NCBI GenBank assembly: GCA_964016885.1
Contig: OZ024740.1
Location: forward strand, 276,334,001-276,398,000
Reading direction: 5' to 3'
DNA length: 64,000 nt
From: Eledone cirrhosa
Taxonomy: Eukaryota
This document shows, piece by piece, positions 61,648-64,000 of the stretch. The position numbers were made by a program, and so were the translations under genes. A model generated the notes under the pieces. That model searched no databases. It saw nothing but the letters and a program-made list of their open reading frames with translations, and was not told the DNA's origin. Positions within the stretch are counted from its first letter, which is position 1, and every line of letters starts with the position of its first letter.

Positions 61648-62769
61648 CTGCAAATCATCTCTGTCTCTGTTAAGAACAGTGTGAATTATTACATGTCTCT
61701 CTATATATATATATATTGAATGGAGTTTGACTAAAAATAGGGAAATCAATTTTGATGATAGCTTTGTGTATAAGACCAGTAGGTATTTATGTTGCAGCCT
61801 TATAACACCTAGATAGAGTTCATAACAACAATAAAAGCTGAGATTAATAATCTGAAATAAAACTTATCTACAAACAGCTAATTACTGTAGCTGATTTTTC
61901 ATAGCTCTGACTTTGGTAGGTTGGTGGTGGCATCCAAAGCCATACTGTTTCAAGTCTTGAGGCCAAGAGCAACTTGCTCAACATAGACAATAACCATATT
62001 TAAGTTTTGTAAGAAATTTTCTTAGTGTTCAGATTGTTACCTAATAACTTCATTAAGGGTTAGCTAAACATCTAACACTCTAATTGATAAATATACCCAT
62101 GATGTTTAAATAGAAAGTCAATTTTCTCAGTGTTAACAACCAAATCTAATGATTAAAAAGCATGTACTGTTTTGAATATAGTCATCAATGTCACCATCAT
62201 CAATATTATCATCATTTTATGCCTGCTTTCCATGTTGGCATCGGTTGTATGAATTGTTGCAGTCCAGGTCAGCTCTCATTCTGAGTTACCACCCTCCTTG
62301 GCAGATCAGAGGACCACATCTCCCTTGTATGTTTCAATTTGGCATGGTCGCTCTGGCTGGAAGCCCTTGATAACACCAATTGCTTTACAAAATGTATTGA
62401 GTACTTATTATTTTGGCACCAACACTAGAGAGGTTGCCATGTCTTTTCTACTATACTCTGTATGTATTCATTCATCAACCACATTACAGGATGTACTAAA
62501 TATATTTTAATATAGCACCAACACTAAAGAGGTTGTTATGATCTCTTTACCCTATGATGTCTCTGTTCGATTACCAATGATTTTACAGAATGATTTTGGT
62601 GCATTTTACTATGGCACCAACACTAGAGAGGTTATCATATCCTCTTTACCCTACATTATATCTTTTCAATCACCAACCACTTTGCTGAGTGCATTTTACT
62701 GTGGCACCAACACTAGAAAGGTTGACTTGTTCTTTGAAGGTTAATGTTACTGCAAGTATTTAATAGAAT

Positions 62770-63035
62770 TGGATACTATGGGCATGTGGTTAGAATGTGT
62801 CAGGAAAAAATTCACTGGACAGATTTTACGAGCAAAACCAACCGGTAAGAGAACCAGGGGTAGACCTTGAGAAAGATGGTTGGATAGCATCCATGAGCTT
62901 GGCTGGTCACACTTGGAGATCCAGCTGGATCAGTTGGAGACTGGTTGCTTCTGACAGGACCTCCTGGAAGGAGTGTTTGATGACTCTGCCCCAACAACCC
63001 TTGCAGGAATAAGTGGGCAAAGAAGAAAAAGAAAA
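62770..63035 (+). mobile_element. Degenerate RTE-like LINE 3' fragment
   Basis: AKPTGKRTRGRP*ERWLDSI motif typical of RTE C-termini. Confidence 0.55.
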
Positions 63036-63895
63036 GGAGTAATGGCCAACATGTTTAAATAGGAGAAGAAACAGTGAATGCATTAAATCTTAAATCATTG
63101 GAAAGAGACCCTACAGTAGAATTGTTGATGGCTACAACTTGACTATTGATTGAACTATTATTTTATCAATATTACCTTTACTGTAAGCACATACCAAAGT
63201 TATCTAAAATTAACAACAGTAACACCAACATTAACAACAACAATATTGTAATGTGTTTTGTATAACAGTTTTTTTTATTCTATATATATTACACAACGAT
63301 CAGTATATTTGATAACATACAATAATTTTCATTTAAGTATCATAGCTTTTTCAATATTGGTCAGTGACTTTTGTAAGTCATAATTACCTAACTCTCTTTC
63401 AAAATACTTTTTTTGCTCTCGTGACTTATTGTAGTGAAAAAATAAATAACTATAAAATTGGATGAAATAAAAATAAAAAAAACAACAAAAAACAGCAAAA
63501 AACAAAGCAAGCTTACAAACTCATGATGTCTGAAAATGGGAAATAATGATTTGTAAAATGCTTTTTACTGTAAAAGTGTATGCTTTGAATCATTACATAA
63601 ATGTTATTTTTAATATTTAGGTAAAATGGAGGAAACTAAGGCAAATGAAATTGGAAAGCCCCAAACTAAATGCATTACAGCATTTAATTTCATCCCCTAT
63701 AGCTGTATCTAAGATTAAATCCGATATAATCCTAACACATTTAAAGTGGTGTGCCTGTGGGTTGGCTGCTTACATCTATTTAATCAAATACTGTACCATA
63801 GACCAGCCTACTGCGCCATAGACATAGCTGACTCAGGTTACTTAATACTACAGCAACATTTATACAATCTCACTGTATCCAAACAGCTTAACCAT

Positions 63896-64000
63896 TTAAC
63901 CCTTTAGCATTTACAGTACTCTATATTTTCTATTATATTTTCACATAATTATCTCACATAATATTGAGTCTATGAAATTTTGATATTATTTATTTTGAGA
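63896..64000 (-). mobile_element. piggyBac-like MITE, copy 4 (cut by the window end)
   Basis: TTAA|CCCTTTAGCATT start; matches copy 3. Confidence 0.75.

Noticed and set aside
62400-62725. CRISPR-like repeat-spacer appearance (also the SINE array at 40.2-41.8 kb)
   Set aside because: Eukaryotic context, spacers are mutually related and too long, and there are no cas genes.

Overview
AT-rich, repeat-dense eukaryotic DNA. The SINE and microsatellite landscape suggests a coleoid cephalopod such as Octopus; this is inference. The only host coding sequence I can support is one 204-bp phase-0 exon (6357-6560, +) of a MEF2 transcription factor gene. The rest appears to be its flanking introns (>6 kb upstream, >57 kb downstream). 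These contain a decayed Penelope-like retroelement with an inverted N-terminus and inverted terminal repeats, RTE-clade LINE copies carrying a C4HC3 PHD finger inside the RT, about 20 tRNA-derived SINEs (often in head-to-tail arrays), piggyBac-, mariner-, Tc2- and hAT-like MITEs, a 3.5-kb 55-bp G-rich minisatellite and long (TA)n tracts. The most striking signal is a set of sequence-distinct minimal type-I hammerhead ribozyme motifs in short islands beside (TA)n tracts. They have palindromic stem III, and one pair is a U3-A8 core variant inside a long hairpin. Every copy on the MEF2 sense strand looks mutated or sequestered. Nearly all ORFs in the supplied track are simple-repeat artefacts.
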